Of a stretch of 64,000 bases of DNA, positions 35,401-48,980 are shown one piece after another. The notes beneath the pieces are model-generated. The model saw only the letters and a program-made list of their open reading frames with translations. It ran no database searches and had not been told where the DNA came from. The stretch is from Octopus sinensis (Eukaryota), in the NCBI RefSeq assembly GCF_006345805.1, contig NC_042999.1, forward strand, positions 15,066,001-15,130,000, given 5' to 3'. Within the stretch, counting starts at the first letter, position 1. Every line of letters begins with the position of its first letter. The position numbers and the translations under genes were made by a program.

Positions 35401-35678
35401 TTTCTATTTTGCTTCCATCCTAGTTTTTTTTTCTTTCTCTTCTCTCTTATTTTGTTTTGTTTTTGTCTCTCTTTTACTTGTTTCAGTCATTTGACTGCGG
35501 CCATGCTGGAGCACCGCCTTTAGTCGAGCAAATCGACCCCAGGACTTATTCTTTGTAAGCCCAGTACTTATTCTATTGGTCTCTTTTGCCGAACCGCTAA
35601 GTGATGGGGACATAAACACACCAGCATCGGTTGTCAAGCAATGCTAGAGGGACAAATACAGACACACAAACATACACG

Positions 35679-35716
<38 letters not shown>

Positions 35717-36909
35717 TATGACAGGCTTCTTTCAGTTTCCGTCTACCAAATCCACTCATAAGGCATGATGCAGTCATAGGATCTTCCAGCAACCACCCTT
35801 TTCACCCAGGGCAGACTACCTCCTCCAGACACTTGATGTAGGCCTCCATGTTGAGCGTGAGGCTGTGTAGGAAGATAAATGGAGGAATAACGTTGCCCTG
35901 TTGCTTCCAAATTTCTGGCAGAGTGAATTGCTGTTTTTCTCACAGGTGGTACCCAACTGACCCTACTATACTGGTGCGGAAATGTGTAATACATAGGTGT
36001 GTAGTGGGTTGTCTACCAGGCTTCTATCACACTTAAAGTCAGTTGGTTAATCAGAGCTTCACCAATTCTTGGCTCACTGTTCCTGATAGCATCATGAGCT
36101 TCATTCCTGAACTCTCAGAAGAAACAAGGCCATCATCTTAGATGTGTTCCTCCACACATATAAAATTCACAACCCCCAAATGACTTCAGGCAAATATCAT
36201 GGCCTCAATGCTTGGTTGAATTCATCCACTCCTACAAACTTATCTTCTATCCTTTATGTTTCATTTGTTTCAGCCATTGGTTGGCGTTGCCCTTTTTAAC
36301 GCCAACCACCCACTACACTCACAGAGTGGTTGGTGTTAGGAAGGGCATCCAGCTGTAGAAACACTGCCAGATCTGACTGGCCTAGTGCAGCCTTCGGGCT
36401 TCCCAGACCCCAGTTGAACTGTCCAACCCATGCTAGCATGGAAATCAGACGTTAAACGATGATGATGATGATGATGATTAGACTGCGACCATGCTAGAGC
36501 ACCACCTGAAGAATTTTTAGTCGGATAAATCAATTTCAAAAGTAATTTTTTTTTAAAGTACTTATTCATTAGACTCTTCCTGCCCTTTAGACCTCAACTT
36601 TGATAGTTCTGTAAGCAGTGCTCATGCAGAGAAAGCCTCTTTGCAACCATCTCCCAACTGCAAACATGAAGTTGATCCTCCACAAAATGACCCTTCTCTA
36701 TACAATAAAACCACACATTTACTCTTTTACTCTTTTACTTGTTTTAGTCATTTGACTGTGGCCATGCTGGAGCACTTCCTTTAGTTGAGCACATCAACCC
36801 CAGGACATATTCTTTGTAAGCCTATTCTATCAGTCTCTTTTGCCAAACTGCTAAGTTATGGAGATGTAAACATGCCAGTATCGGTTGTCAAACGATGTTG
36901 GGGGAACAA

Positions 36910-36978
<69 letters not shown>

Positions 36979-37927
36979 CATATATACGACAAGCTTCTTT
37001 CAGTTTCCATCTACCGAATCCACTCACAAGGCTTTGGTTGGCCTGAGGCTATAGTAGAAGACACTTGCCCAAGGTGCCACGCAGTGGGACTGAACCCGGA
37101 ACCATGTAGTTCATAAGCAAGCTACTTACCGCACAGCCACTCCTAGGCCTGATCATTTTTGATCATTTAAACCCATGATTCTCAACTAGGGTACATATGA
37201 CACCCAAGGATCCGTGTCCTCCGCTTCAGTTTTTGGAAATCACTCATTCTCATTTAATTGTATATATTTTAATTGTTTGTTTATTCATACGTTTCATCTC
37301 ATTCGATACCCTGACCCCAATATTTGTTTTGTCTGTCCTCGTATCGTCCCCTCTTTTTCTCAACCTTATGGTGAATAAAGAAATACTCTCTCTCTCTCTC
37401 TAATAGTCACCAGTATGCTTTTCATAAAAACAGATCTACTTGAATTCTCTTCTCCTATGTCACTCTTCCTTCCCGTTGCCCACCAAACCCTTCCAAGACA
37501 TTTGATGACAACAGTGTTGTCACACTTGACAATACAGAGTATTATCTAACCATATCTGATATATTTTATTGCTTTTAGGTCCTTATTTTCTACCCCAGTA
37601 ACTTTGTACAAAGATTTAGTTATCTTTCTACTTGTCACAGAATAATAACATATGTTTACTTGAACCATAAGAAGTACTTTCTCAATTGAGGAATCCTAAA
37701 TAAAAGAGAAATTTCTTTCATCATTTCTAGATTTTACAGGGTGGCGAGCTGGTAGCACTGTTAGCTATATTTCGTCTGCCGCTACATTCTGAGTTCAAAT
37801 TCCGCCAAGGTTGACTTTGCCTTTCATCCTTTCATGGTCATTAAATTAAGTACCAGTGAAACACTGGGGTTGATGTAATCAACTATCCTCCTCCCCCAAA
37901 TTTCAGGCCATTTGCCTACAGCAGAAA

Positions 37928-37967
<40 letters not shown>

Positions 37968-39836
37968 TATAATAAATTTCCTAAGTACCAAAGTCAGGGG
38001 TGTCATGCAGAGAACAAAAAGCAATGGAGATAGGCTGTCACCCTGGAAAATCCTTCTTCTGATACCCAAGATGCTCAAGCTTTTTTCATAAGATGTCATT
38101 TCAGTTTTCCATCCCTATTATTATTATTATTATTATTAATAATATTATTATTATTATTGAGTGAGAAAGCAGTTCATGCCATCAAAGTGACACTGGGGTA
38201 AAATATACTAAGCCCAGTATACGCATCATGACTACCCGACTGATAAGGGTACATCAGGCACATGCTTCACAACCATATGTGCACGACATGGTGATCTCAT
38301 ATCAAGATAAACAGCACATGACCTTGCAGGTGGGGCCCAGTTAGAATTTTCTTCAGGTCGAGTAGCCCATCCCACTCAAACGGTCCCTGAATAATTTATA
38401 CTGTGAAATTTGATTTAATACTAAATTGAATTTTTCCCTGTAAGTTTGGAGCTATACTCCCTAATATTATCATTATTATATAAAAATTTCCATGGATCAT
38501 ACCAAGTATAAGAAATATAAAAATAGCCTACAAACTTCACCTCCTTTAACACATGCATTAAATATAGTGACCAAATATTTTTCAAGACAATAATCCACTA
38601 AAGACAAATATATTGCCAACAATCTTTAAGCCTACATACATACTTTAGCATTTAAACTGGCCATATTCAGCCCAGACAATCTGCCTGTTTTATATTCAAA
38701 TTTGCAAGGTTTGCCCCCTCACGCATACTTTAAAATCTCATTCTAAAAATATACAATCACATCATTGAAATCTCAAAACTATGAGATAATGCAGGATTAA
38801 TTCAAAACAATATGAATAAATGAGATTTACATTTGATAGAGTAATCTGAATGCCAAAGGGTTAAATATTTGCTTACTCTCTTTACTCTCTTTTACTTGTT
38901 TCAGTCATTTGACTGCGGCCATGCTGGAGCACCGCCTTTAATCGAGCAACTCGACCCTGGGACTTATTCTTTTTGTAAGCCCAGCACTTATTCTATCGGT
39001 GTCTTTTGCTGAACCGCTAAGTAACGGGGACATAAACACACCAGCATCGGTTGTCAAGCAATGCTAGGGGGACAAACACAAACACACAAACACACACACA
39101 TATATATATATATACGACAGGCTTCTTTCAGTTTCTATCTACCTAATCCACTCACAAGGCTTTGGTCAACCCGAGGCTATAGTAGAAGACACTTGCCCAA
39201 GGTGCCCACTTGCCATGCAGTGGGACTGAACCCAGAAACATGTGGTTGGTAAACAAGATACTTACCACACAGCCACTCCTGCGCCTACACATTTTCAATA
39301 CTAATATCACTGTGATATACTTAAGCATAATCAACACTCACCAAATATAAACAGGAAAACAAACCATAACTATTACCAGACCAAAAATAAACATCGCCAT
39401 TCACCTACATTCTTTTGTGAACCCTGATATATATTTTTTAAAAGCTAATACGCCTAAATATTAAGCTCAAAACACTGGACTGAACTCTAGGATTTAACCT
39501 TCACATTCTCAAAACAAAAGGCGAACATCTCATTAATTTCTAAATAAAACCAGCAACAACAAAACCATGTAACACATATGCTGACTAACAGCCTTACTAA
39601 AATCTTTTGTGAAACCCTTTGACCAGAAGATGACACACCTAAACATACCTAATTGCAAAGATATACATGCATGAATAACTTCTAACTATTAGCACTTGTC
39701 CAAGTTTATTCAATTGAAACTATCTATTCAAGCTTACTACAGCATAACATACAGTGCAATTGCTATTCAACAGAACTCAGATTAGCGTTGAAAATTTTAA
39801 CTTACCAGAGATAATATAAAGTCAAGACGGACTTAA

Positions 39837-40057
39837 CCCTTTCGTTACCAACCTGACCAAAACCGGCTCTGGCTCTATAGTATTAATGTCTTGTTTTCAT
39901 AAGATTTTCATTAAAATATACCACCAAACCTTAGTCGCAATTTATGCTCCTAACACTAGCTTAATGATAACTAAGTTATTTTACTAAATTCTTTGTTGTA
40001 TTTAAAATAATTGAAAGAAACACAGAGCATCTCAAAATAAATACAGTAATGAAAGGG
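39837..40057 (+). mobile_element. piggyBac-like MITE, complete (221 bp)
   Basis: TTAA-CCCTTTCGTTACC ... GTAATGAAAGGG-TTAA. Same family at 52104-52323 (-), ~58970-59097 (-) and 1-50. Confidence 0.82.
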
Positions 40058-41542
40058 TTAAATGATTTACAGCCCAATGATGGCTCAGGTGACCGAATCT
40101 TTGAAGTCATTGTCAATGCTATTCTTAAAGAATAATAAATTTGTAGTCTATTGAGTAATCCTTCAATTTTATGTAAAATTGTTTTTACTATAACGAAAAC
40201 AAACATCAAGATATAAATATACTTGGTCTTGACAGCAATGAGCATGAAAAATGCAGCTTCACAAAGATACGTGGATGCAAACATAGCTAAAATCCAAAGA
40301 GCCTGATGTGAGATCAGAGGCTGAACAGGAAGGTACTTGATCCAGAACGTTTCAAGATCAAGTTCTTTGAAGTCTTCCTTAGCTCAAGAAACTCGTCTCA
40401 CACTTCATAAAAAACATCAGTCACTTCACACTGAAATGAGTTCCTGATGAATTTCCAAGCTTTTCATCTATATCTGGGAAGTATCTGATGAATTCTGTTT
40501 TCAAGCCAGTTAGCTGAGTGATTATTTGTTTCTGTAACTCAGAATTAAGGTTACCGTGAATGAGAGCAGAATCCAAGTAACTAAAACTGGCTGTATTTTC
40601 CTGCTGAATTCAACATTTCCAGCAGTTGAGTTTGGCTATGAAAGTTCAAAAGGTGTCATGGTGTGTGAGAACATTGATGTTTGTCCCTTGTAGTTAAAGG
40701 TTGAGAGCATTCAACACTTCGAAGCTGTCCATCAGGTAAGCTAGAGATAGCTGAAAGCCTTCAGAATGGAACTTGTCAGGTAGATCTACCTTCTATTAAA
40801 AAACTAGAAATGTTGCTACTTCTTCTTGTAGTTCATAAAGCTGTCCAAGCATGTTCTCCCTTAATAGCTTGCCGGTGGCACATAAAAAGCACCAACCAAT
40901 CGTGGCCATTGCCAGCCTCTCCTGGCACCTGTGCTGGTGGCACGTAAAAAGCACCCACTACACACATGGAGTGGTTGGCGTTAGGAAGGGCATCCAGCTG
41001 TAGAAACTCTGCCAGATCAGACTGGGCCTGGTGCAGCCTCCTTGCTTCCCAGACCCCGTTTGAACCGTCCAACCCATGCTAGCATGGAAAGCGGACGTTA
41101 AACGATGATGATGATGATGTATGTTCATGTGAAAAGCAATGCTTCATGTTCAGATTCTATATCTTTACATAACAGTTTGGAAAGACGACTGTTTAAGGCT
41201 CCACCTTTAACAAAGTTGACAACTTTGTTGATAGCAACGTTCAGGACATTTCTCATTTCAGTAGGTAATGTTCAGGATGCTCAGGCTTCATGATGAAGCA
41301 TGCAGTGTGTACCTACAACAGATGGATTTTTTTATCTCCCCCTAATAATGAATCCAGACTGCAGACCAAGCATGGCTAGAGCTTCATCAGTGTACATCCC
41401 TACAAACAAATCCCACGAAAGTTGGTTTTCCTGAAAGAAGTTTGATATATCATGAAAAATAGTGGTGACAGAACAACATTTCCTCTACATTATTTACATT
41501 ATTTACCTTCGACAGATATTTGTCCTCATCTTGTTTGTTGTT

Positions 41543-41588
41543 AACACAACGTTTCAGCTGATATACCCTCCAGCCTTCTTCAGGTGTC
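41543..41588 (-). ncRNA. Minimal type I hammerhead (Penelope-type)
   Basis: GACAC-CUGAAGA-A-GGCUG-GAGGGUAUAU-CAGCU-GAAA-C-GUU-GUGUU. Helices I and II fully pair; palindromic ACGU helix III. Confidence 0.78.
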
Positions 41589-41635
41589 TTGGGGAAATTT
41601 CGAACCTAGGTTCTCATTCCTAATGTATTTTTAGA

Positions 41636-41692
<57 letters not shown>

Positions 41693-41892
41693 CATTATTA
41701 TTATTATTATTGTTGTTGTTGTTGTTGCTGTTCAGGTCACTGCTTGGAATTGAACTTGGAATCTTGGGGTTAGTAGCCTACACTCTTAACCCCAAGATTC
41801 CAAGTTCGATTCCAGGCAGTGACCTGAACAACAACAACAATAACATCGAAAAATACTTTAGGAATGAGAACCCAGGTTCGAAATTTCCCCAA

Positions 41893-41938
41893 GACACCTG
41901 ATGAAGGCTGGAGGGTACATCAGCTGAAACGTTTTGTC
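41893..41938 (+). ncRNA. Minimal type I hammerhead (Penelope-type), one helix I mismatch
   Basis: GACAC-CUGAUGA-A-GGCUG-GAGGGUACAU-CAGCU-GAAA-C-GUU-UUGUC. C-U mismatch next to the cleavage site. Confidence 0.72.
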
Positions 41939-44243
41939 AACAACAAACAAGATGAGGACAGATATCCTTTGAATGTAAATAATGTAAATAATTCCTCATC
42001 TCTTAAATATAGAACTGTAATCATATCCTCTTTTACACAGTTGCCTGACACAAAACGAACATATGCCAGTAGCTGGGAACACTGAACAATGTCAGTTGTT
42101 TCATCACACTGGATGACAAAAACAGGAGAATCTCTTACTTGGTCAAGAATTTGATCCTTGGTGTCTTGAGACAAGTTGTTGATCCTTCCCTTGACTTTAT
42201 CATTTGATAGTGAAATCCGGGAAAGCTTGTTTGCATTATCTTTCTCCAGAATGAATTCTGCTGCATGGAGTGGACTTGGTTTTATGAGAGACTCTCCGAT
42301 GTTGTGGCTCTTCTTTCTCTTTGCAATCGCCACGGCGATCTCATAGGAAGCCTCAGCAACCAATGGAATTTGATGCCGAAATGCTCCAATACCATCCAAC
42401 TTAGCTTGCCTCAAAGAATGTCCTTTCGTTTCAAAGAATGCCTTGGGCTTTTGCCTCAAGAAATGTCCTTTTGTTTCAAAGAACGCCTTGGGCTTTTTCC
42501 TCAAGGAATGTCCTTTTGTTTCAAAGAATGCCTTGGGCTTTTCTGCGAGAGCAGGATGTGTTGTCCTCAAGTGGCGTTCCAAGCGTGAAGGTTGCATTCC
42601 ATCATTGCTCAAAGTTTTGTAACATATCACACACTGGGGGGCTTCTGTGTCACCCTTTTGTCAAGATACTTCTGTTTCTTTTGCACTCATTGTGAATTAT
42701 TTGCTGTGCAGTGGATAGCGCAAATATATGAACAAAAGATAAGCCATGTGTAAGGTAATATCAAGGCCCAAGTTAGAACGCTTGTAGTAAAAAGTTATCA
42801 TCATCATCATCATTTAGCGTCCGCTTTCCACGCTAGCATGGGTTGGACGGTTCAACTGGGGTCTGGGAAGCCAGAAGGCTGCACCAGGCCCAGTCTGATC
42901 TGCCAACCACTCTGTGAGTGTAGTGGGTGCTTTTTACGTGCCACCGGCACAGGTGCCAGATGGGGCTGGCAAACGGCCACAGTCAGATGGTGCTTTTTAC
43001 GTGCCACCGGCACGGGGGCCAGGCGGGGCTGGCAACAGCCACGATCGGATGGCGCTTTTTACGTGCCACTGGCACGGGGGCCAGGCTGGGCTGGCAACTT
43101 CCATGATCGGATGGTGCTATTTACGTGCCACCGGCACGGAGGCCCGTCGGGGCGGGACTGGCAACAGCGACATTCGGATTCGTTCACGTTCTGAAAAAAA
43201 AAATTAAAACAAATTTGAAATAAAAGTTAAATTAAAAGAAAAGTTATATGAAAAATTTGTACAATAAAATATTGTATTTATTTGTACGCAAATAGAAAAA
43301 AACTTTCTTTAAAAAAGAAAAGATTTTGCATAGCTTTTAGTTTTATCTACTACTTTCTGTAATACTTAAATCTGAATTTTAGTTTAACATTTGGCTTTAT
43401 ATAAAAAAAATTTTTCTCACAAAAACATTTATAATATTTTTAACATAAACATTTAATATTAAATATTTTGGTTTTATTAAAATTTTTTATTTTTCCAATC
43501 TGCGTTATAATGTTTTTGAGACTTTATTAAATTGAGCAATAGTAGAATTTATTACATACTTTTTGTTTCATTTCCTATTTTTAGATATATCATACTTTCA
43601 TCTTGCTAAAATATAAAAATAGTTTTCAGTTTTTAAAATTAAGTTAATATTTCTAAGTATGTTACTATGTGAAGGCGCATGGCTCAGTGGTTAGAGTGTC
43701 GAGCTTACAATCGTGAGGTTGTGAGTTTGAATCCCAGACTGGGCTGCGTGTTGAGTTCTTGAGCAAGACACATTATTTCACGTTGCTCCAGTTCACTCAG
43801 CTGTAGAAATGAGTTGCCAAGCTGTATCGGCCCCTTTACCTTTCCCTTGGATAACAATGGTGGTGTGGAGAGAGGAGGCCGGTATGCATGGGCGACTGCT
43901 GGTCTTCCATAAACAACCTTGCCCAGACTTGTGCCTCAGAGGGTAACTTTCTAGGTGCAAGCCCATGGTCAGTGTCATGACCGAAGGGGGTCTCAATGGT
44001 ACTATAATGTTTCAAACAACAATACTTTGGACCAAAAAGAGTGGAAATCCTAGAATCACATACAGTGTGTGATCTTGGGACTGATATGAGCAACAATGCC
44101 TCATTTCACATGCATGTCACCAAGATGGTGGCAGTGTGCAGGTGAGTAGCCAGATGAATTCTGAGAACCTTCAGAACAAGGGACCAAGAAGATATGCTGG
44201 TCCTATGGAGGACATTTGTCCTCAGCCATCTGGACTACTACTC

Positions 44244-44640
44244 ACAAGTGATGGCAACGTTATGCCTCCATTCATCTTCCCACATGGCCTCAGACTCAAA
44301 CGGAGGCCTACATCAAGTGTCTGGAGGAGGTAGTCTGCCCTGGGTGAAAAGGGTGGCTACTGGAACATCCTATGTCTGGTAACAGGACTCTGCACCATGC
44401 CACAGAAGCAGGAGAACCCAGTCATGGCTGTCAGACAATTTCTGCAGCCACATCACCCCTAACATTTGGCCCCCTAACTCCCCAGACTGCAACTCCTTTC
44501 ATTATTATATGTGGGGTGCAGTTGAGCCAGAGACTGACAAAACTCCTTGTAACACCAAAGATGTACTGAAGACAAGGATTATGGCAGCATTCACCAACTT
44601 AAACAAGGAGACCAACCAGAAGAGTTGCAGAATTTTCTCT
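44244..44640 (+). mobile_element. Tc1/mariner transposase relic (homologous piece at ~35765-35880, -)
   Basis: SDGNVMPPFIF, YVWQQDSAPCH, IWPPNSPDCN, AAFTNLNKE. Confidence 0.82.
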
Positions 44641-44903
44641 TGAGTATTTCAAGATATTTTTCTGTAATTTCGGTAAAAATATCTGTTAAAACGAGATACT
44701 CTCTCTTTTACTTGTTTCAGTCATTTGACTGCGGCCATGCTGGAGCACCACCTTTAGTCAAGCAAATCGACCCCAGGACCCACTCTTTGTAAGCCTAGTA
44801 CTTATTCTATCGGTCTCTTTTGCCGAACCGTTAAGTTATGGGGACGTAAACACACCAGCATCGGTTGTCAAGCGATGTTGGGGGGACGAACACAGACACA
44901 CAA

Positions 44904-44958
<55 letters not shown>

Positions 44959-45850
44959 CGACAGGCTTCTTTCAGTTTCCATCTACCAAATCCACTCACA
45001 AGGCTTTGGTCGGCCCGAGGCTATAGCAGAAGACACTTGCCCAAGGTGCCATGCAGTGGGACTGAACCCAGAACCATGTGGTTCGGAAGCAAGCTACTTT
45101 ACCACACAGCCACTCCTGCACCTATGTTAGTGTTATTTTCATTTTTGTATAATTTAGATGACAGTTTATTCACTGCACTCTGTATGTATATATATATATA
45201 TATATTATATATATATATATATAGATATATATACATACACACACACATATATATTCATACACATGCCTTTGTATATATATGTGTATTTTTCTGTCTGTTT
45301 GTATGTATGTGTGGGTGTGTGTAATGTACCTACATTTAAGCATAAAATATAATTCTTCTGCATAAACACCTGTAAATTATTCGTATTTATGGGTGCAAGC
45401 TATGGCAAGATTGGAAGGCAAACTATAAAAAAGCAATAAAGGGGAAAAAAGACAACAAAAATTTACATCAAGGAAAGTGTGTGAAAATATATATCCTTAT
45501 ACACACAAATAAACTGGCAAATATATTCATATGCACTCGCATTTAAATTTGCTATACACACATATTTATGTATACATATATATGTACACATATATATATA
45601 TATACATATGTACACATGTATAAATATATATATATTTATATGTATGTATATATATATATATATATATGTATGTTTATATGTATATATATATATGTAAGAA
45701 TGTATTGTGCTTGAGAAGACCTATTGAGTCAAGTATGTCATCATCAAAAGAAAAATCAAATGGAAACTGTAGTTGTGATACCTGTGCCAGTGGCATGTAA
45801 AAAGCACCATCCGAACATGGCCGATGCCAGCGCCGCCCCAACTGGCTTCT

Positions 45851-46108
45851 GTGCCGGTGGCACTTAAAAAGCACCAACTGATCGTGGCCACTGGCAGCCT
45901 CCCCTGGCACCTGTGCCGGTGGCACGTAAAAAGCACCCTCTACACTCATGGAGTGGTTGGCGTTAGGAAGGGCATCCAGCCGTAGAAACACTGCCAGATC
46001 AGACTGGAGCCTGGTGCAGCCTTTCTGGCTTCCCAGATCCCTGGTCGAACCATCCAACCCATGCTAGCATGGAAAGCGGACGTTAAACGATGATGATGAT
46101 GATGATGA

Positions 46109-46151
<43 letters not shown>

Positions 46152-46404
46152 CCGGTGGCATGTAAAAAGCACCAACTGATCGTGGCCGCTGCCAGCCTCC
46201 CCTGGCACCTGTGCCGGTGGCATGTAGAAAAAGCACCCACTACACTCATGGAGTGGTTGGCGTTAGGAAGGGCATCCAGCCGTAGAAACACTGTCAGATC
46301 AGACAGGAGCCTGGTGCAGCCTTTCTGGCTTCCCAGATCCCTGGTCGAACCATCCAACCCATGTTAGCATGGAAAGCGGACGTTAAACGATGATGATGAT
46401 GATG

Positions 46405-46441
<37 letters not shown>

Positions 46442-46705
46442 ATATATATGTGCCGGTGGCATGTAAAAAGCACCAACTGATCGTGGCCGCTGCCAGCCTC
46501 CCCTGGCACCTGTGCCGGTGGCATGTAGAAAAAGCACCCACTACACTCATGGAGTGGTTGGCGTTAGGAAGGGCATCCAGCCGTAGAACACTGTCAGATC
46601 AGACTGGAGCCTGGTGCAGCCTTTCTGGCTTCCAGATCCCTGGTCGAACCATCCAACCCATGTTAGCATGGAAAGCGGATGTTAAACGATGATGATGATG
46701 ATGAT

Positions 46706-46742
<37 letters not shown>

Positions 46743-46995
46743 GCCGGTGGCATGTAAAAAGCACCAACTGATCGTGGCCGCTGCCAGCCTCCCCTGGCAC
46801 CTGTGCCGGTGGCATGTAGAAAAAGCACCCACTACACTCATGGAGTGGTTGGCGTTAGGAAGGGCATCCAGCCGTAGAAACACTGTCAGATCAGACAGGA
46901 GCCTGGTGCAGCCTTTCTGGCTTCCCAGATCCCTGGTCGAACCATCCAACCCATGTTAGCATGGAAGCGGACGTTAAACGATGATGATGATGATG

Positions 46996-47030
<35 letters not shown>

Positions 47031-47294
47031 ATATATATGTGCCGGTGGCATGTAAAAAGCACCAACTGATCGTGGCCGCTGCCAGCCTCCCCTGGCACCT
47101 GTGCCGGTGGCATGTAGAAAAAGCACCCACTACACTCATGGAGTGGTTGGCGTTAGGAAGGGCATCCAGCCGTAGAAACACTGTCAGATCAGACTGGAGC
47201 CTGGTGCAGCCTTTCTGGCTTCCCAGATCCCTGGTCGAACCATCCAACCCATGTTAGCATGGAAAGCGGATGTTAAACGATGATGATGATGATG

Positions 47295-47325
<31 letters not shown>

Positions 47326-47562
47326 CCGGTGGCATGTAAAAAGCACCAACTGATCGTGGCCGCTGCCAGCCTCCCCTGGCACCTGTGCCGGTGGCATGTA
47401 GAAAAAGCACCCACTACACTCATGGAGTGGTTGGCGTTAGGAAGGGCATCCAGCCGTAGAAACACTGTCAGATCAGACTGGAGCCTGGTGCAGCCTTTCT
47501 GGCTTCCCAGATCCCTGGTCGAACCATCCAACCCATGTTAGCATGGAAAGCGGACGTTAAAC

Positions 47563-47601
<39 letters not shown>

Positions 47602-47617
47602 ATATATATATATATAT
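45851..47617 (+). repeat. Tandem array of six ~295-bp SINE-derived units separated by (GAT)n(AT)n
   Basis: Unit starts at ~45851, 46149, 46450, 46741, 47039 and 47323; units nearly identical. Confidence 0.92.
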
Positions 47618-47994
47618 ACACATACACACTCACACCCACATATTTTTGTGTGTATAAATAAAGAAAAACTGAGAGTAGTACACAGCGAGTGTGAAAGAAT
47701 TTTGCAAAACGCAGTTTACATAATGAAAAGAACTTAAGAATTTGCTTTCGCCTTTTCTGTATATTTTCTGTGTAGTTTGTTTTTTTTATGTTCATGTTCA
47801 AATGATCAACCTTGTTTTATGGAGGTCCTCTATTGAGGTCTATGAATCACATTCAATGGTTAACATTTCGAGAAACAGGTACACCCAACTGACATTGTGT
47901 TTCATCAATGCTGTTTACTGCAGACCATTAACTGATGTATATTTTTGTGTATTTATTATTATTATTATTTTTTTTTGTTGTTGTTATTTTTAAA

Positions 47995-48183
47995 GACAAA
48001 TGTGTACTGGATAACTTTTAGATTAGTATCAGCAAGATTGCATCTATGTTGGTATGTGTGAGAGTGTGTGTAAGTGAGAGTGTGTATGTGAGTGGGGTGG
48101 TTGTGCAAGCATGTGTGTGTTTGTGTGTTCAGATGTGTGTGTGTGTGTATGCGAGAGTGTGTATGTGAGTGGGTGGTTGTGCA

Positions 48184-48228
<45 letters not shown>

Positions 48229-48296
48229 ATGTTTGTGTATGTGTGAAGATGTCTGTGTGTATAATTGCAAGTGTGAGTGTATGTTTGTGTGTGAAG

Positions 48297-48335
<39 letters not shown>

Positions 48336-48912
48336 CAGACATGTGTGAATTTGCAGGTGTGTGTGAAAACAGACAAGTGTACATTTCCAGATGTATGTAT
48401 GTGTGTGTGTGTGCGTCTGTGTGTGTGTGTGTGCAGACATTTGTGAATTTGCAGATGTGTGTATGTGTGTCTGTGCGGATGTTTGTGTATGTTTGAAGAT
48501 GTCTGCATATGTATAGGTGCAAGTGTGTGTGTATGTTTGTGTGTGTGTGCAGACGTTTGTGTATGTGTGAAGTTGTGTGTGTCTGTGTGAGTGTTTGTGT
48601 GTGCAAATTTTGTGTGCATGTGTATAAATACAAGTGTGTGTATGTGTGCTGATGTGTGTGTGTAGATGTTTGTGCATGTGTGCAGATGTGTGTGTATGTG
48701 TTCAGATGTATGTGTATGTGTAAAGATGTATGTACGTGTGCAGATGTGCTGACTGTGTGAGTACAAGTGTGTGCTTGTGTATATATATATATATGTATGA
48801 GTATGTGTGTGCGTGATTCAGTTTGTATGTATATATTTGAGTGTATGGTTGTGCATCTGTGAGTGAGCAGCTCTGCATGTGTGTGCCTATGTGTGTGTGT
48901 GTGTATGTGTGT

Positions 48913-48978
<66 letters not shown>

Positions 48979-48980
48979 AT
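47995..48980. repeat. ~1-kb degenerate (TG)n-rich cryptic satellite
   Basis: Directly visible; recurring TGCAGATG/GAAGATGT motifs within (TG)n. Confidence 0.92.

Larger units (their letters stand above)
41487..42021. mobile_element. Palindromic (head-to-head) tRNA-headed SINE-like element with two minimal hammerheads
   Basis: ~250-bp inverted arms around a centre at ~41773-41786. B-box-like GTTCGATTCC (41804-41813, +) and GTTCAATTCC (41746-41755, -). Imperfect 10-bp TSD CATTTCCTCT (41477-41486) / CATATCCTCT (42022-42031). Confidence 0.8.
40180..42700 (-). mobile_element. hAT Buster/Charlie-type transposase relic, interrupted by a SINE (~40870-41120) and the palindromic element
   Basis: LSNDGMQPSRLERHL, EASYEIA..KKSHNIGESLIKP, LSNDKV, QCDETTD..QLLAYVRF; FFQENQLSW..GMYTDEA (41330-41440); FASTYLCEAAF..KTKY (40284-40220). 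Confidence 0.85.

Noticed and set aside
45851-47617. Regular repeat-spacer appearance (CRISPR-like) and repeated 72-aa ORFs
   Set aside because: Units are ~295-bp SINE pieces, the spacers are microsatellites, there are no cas genes and the context is eukaryotic; the ORFs are incidental.
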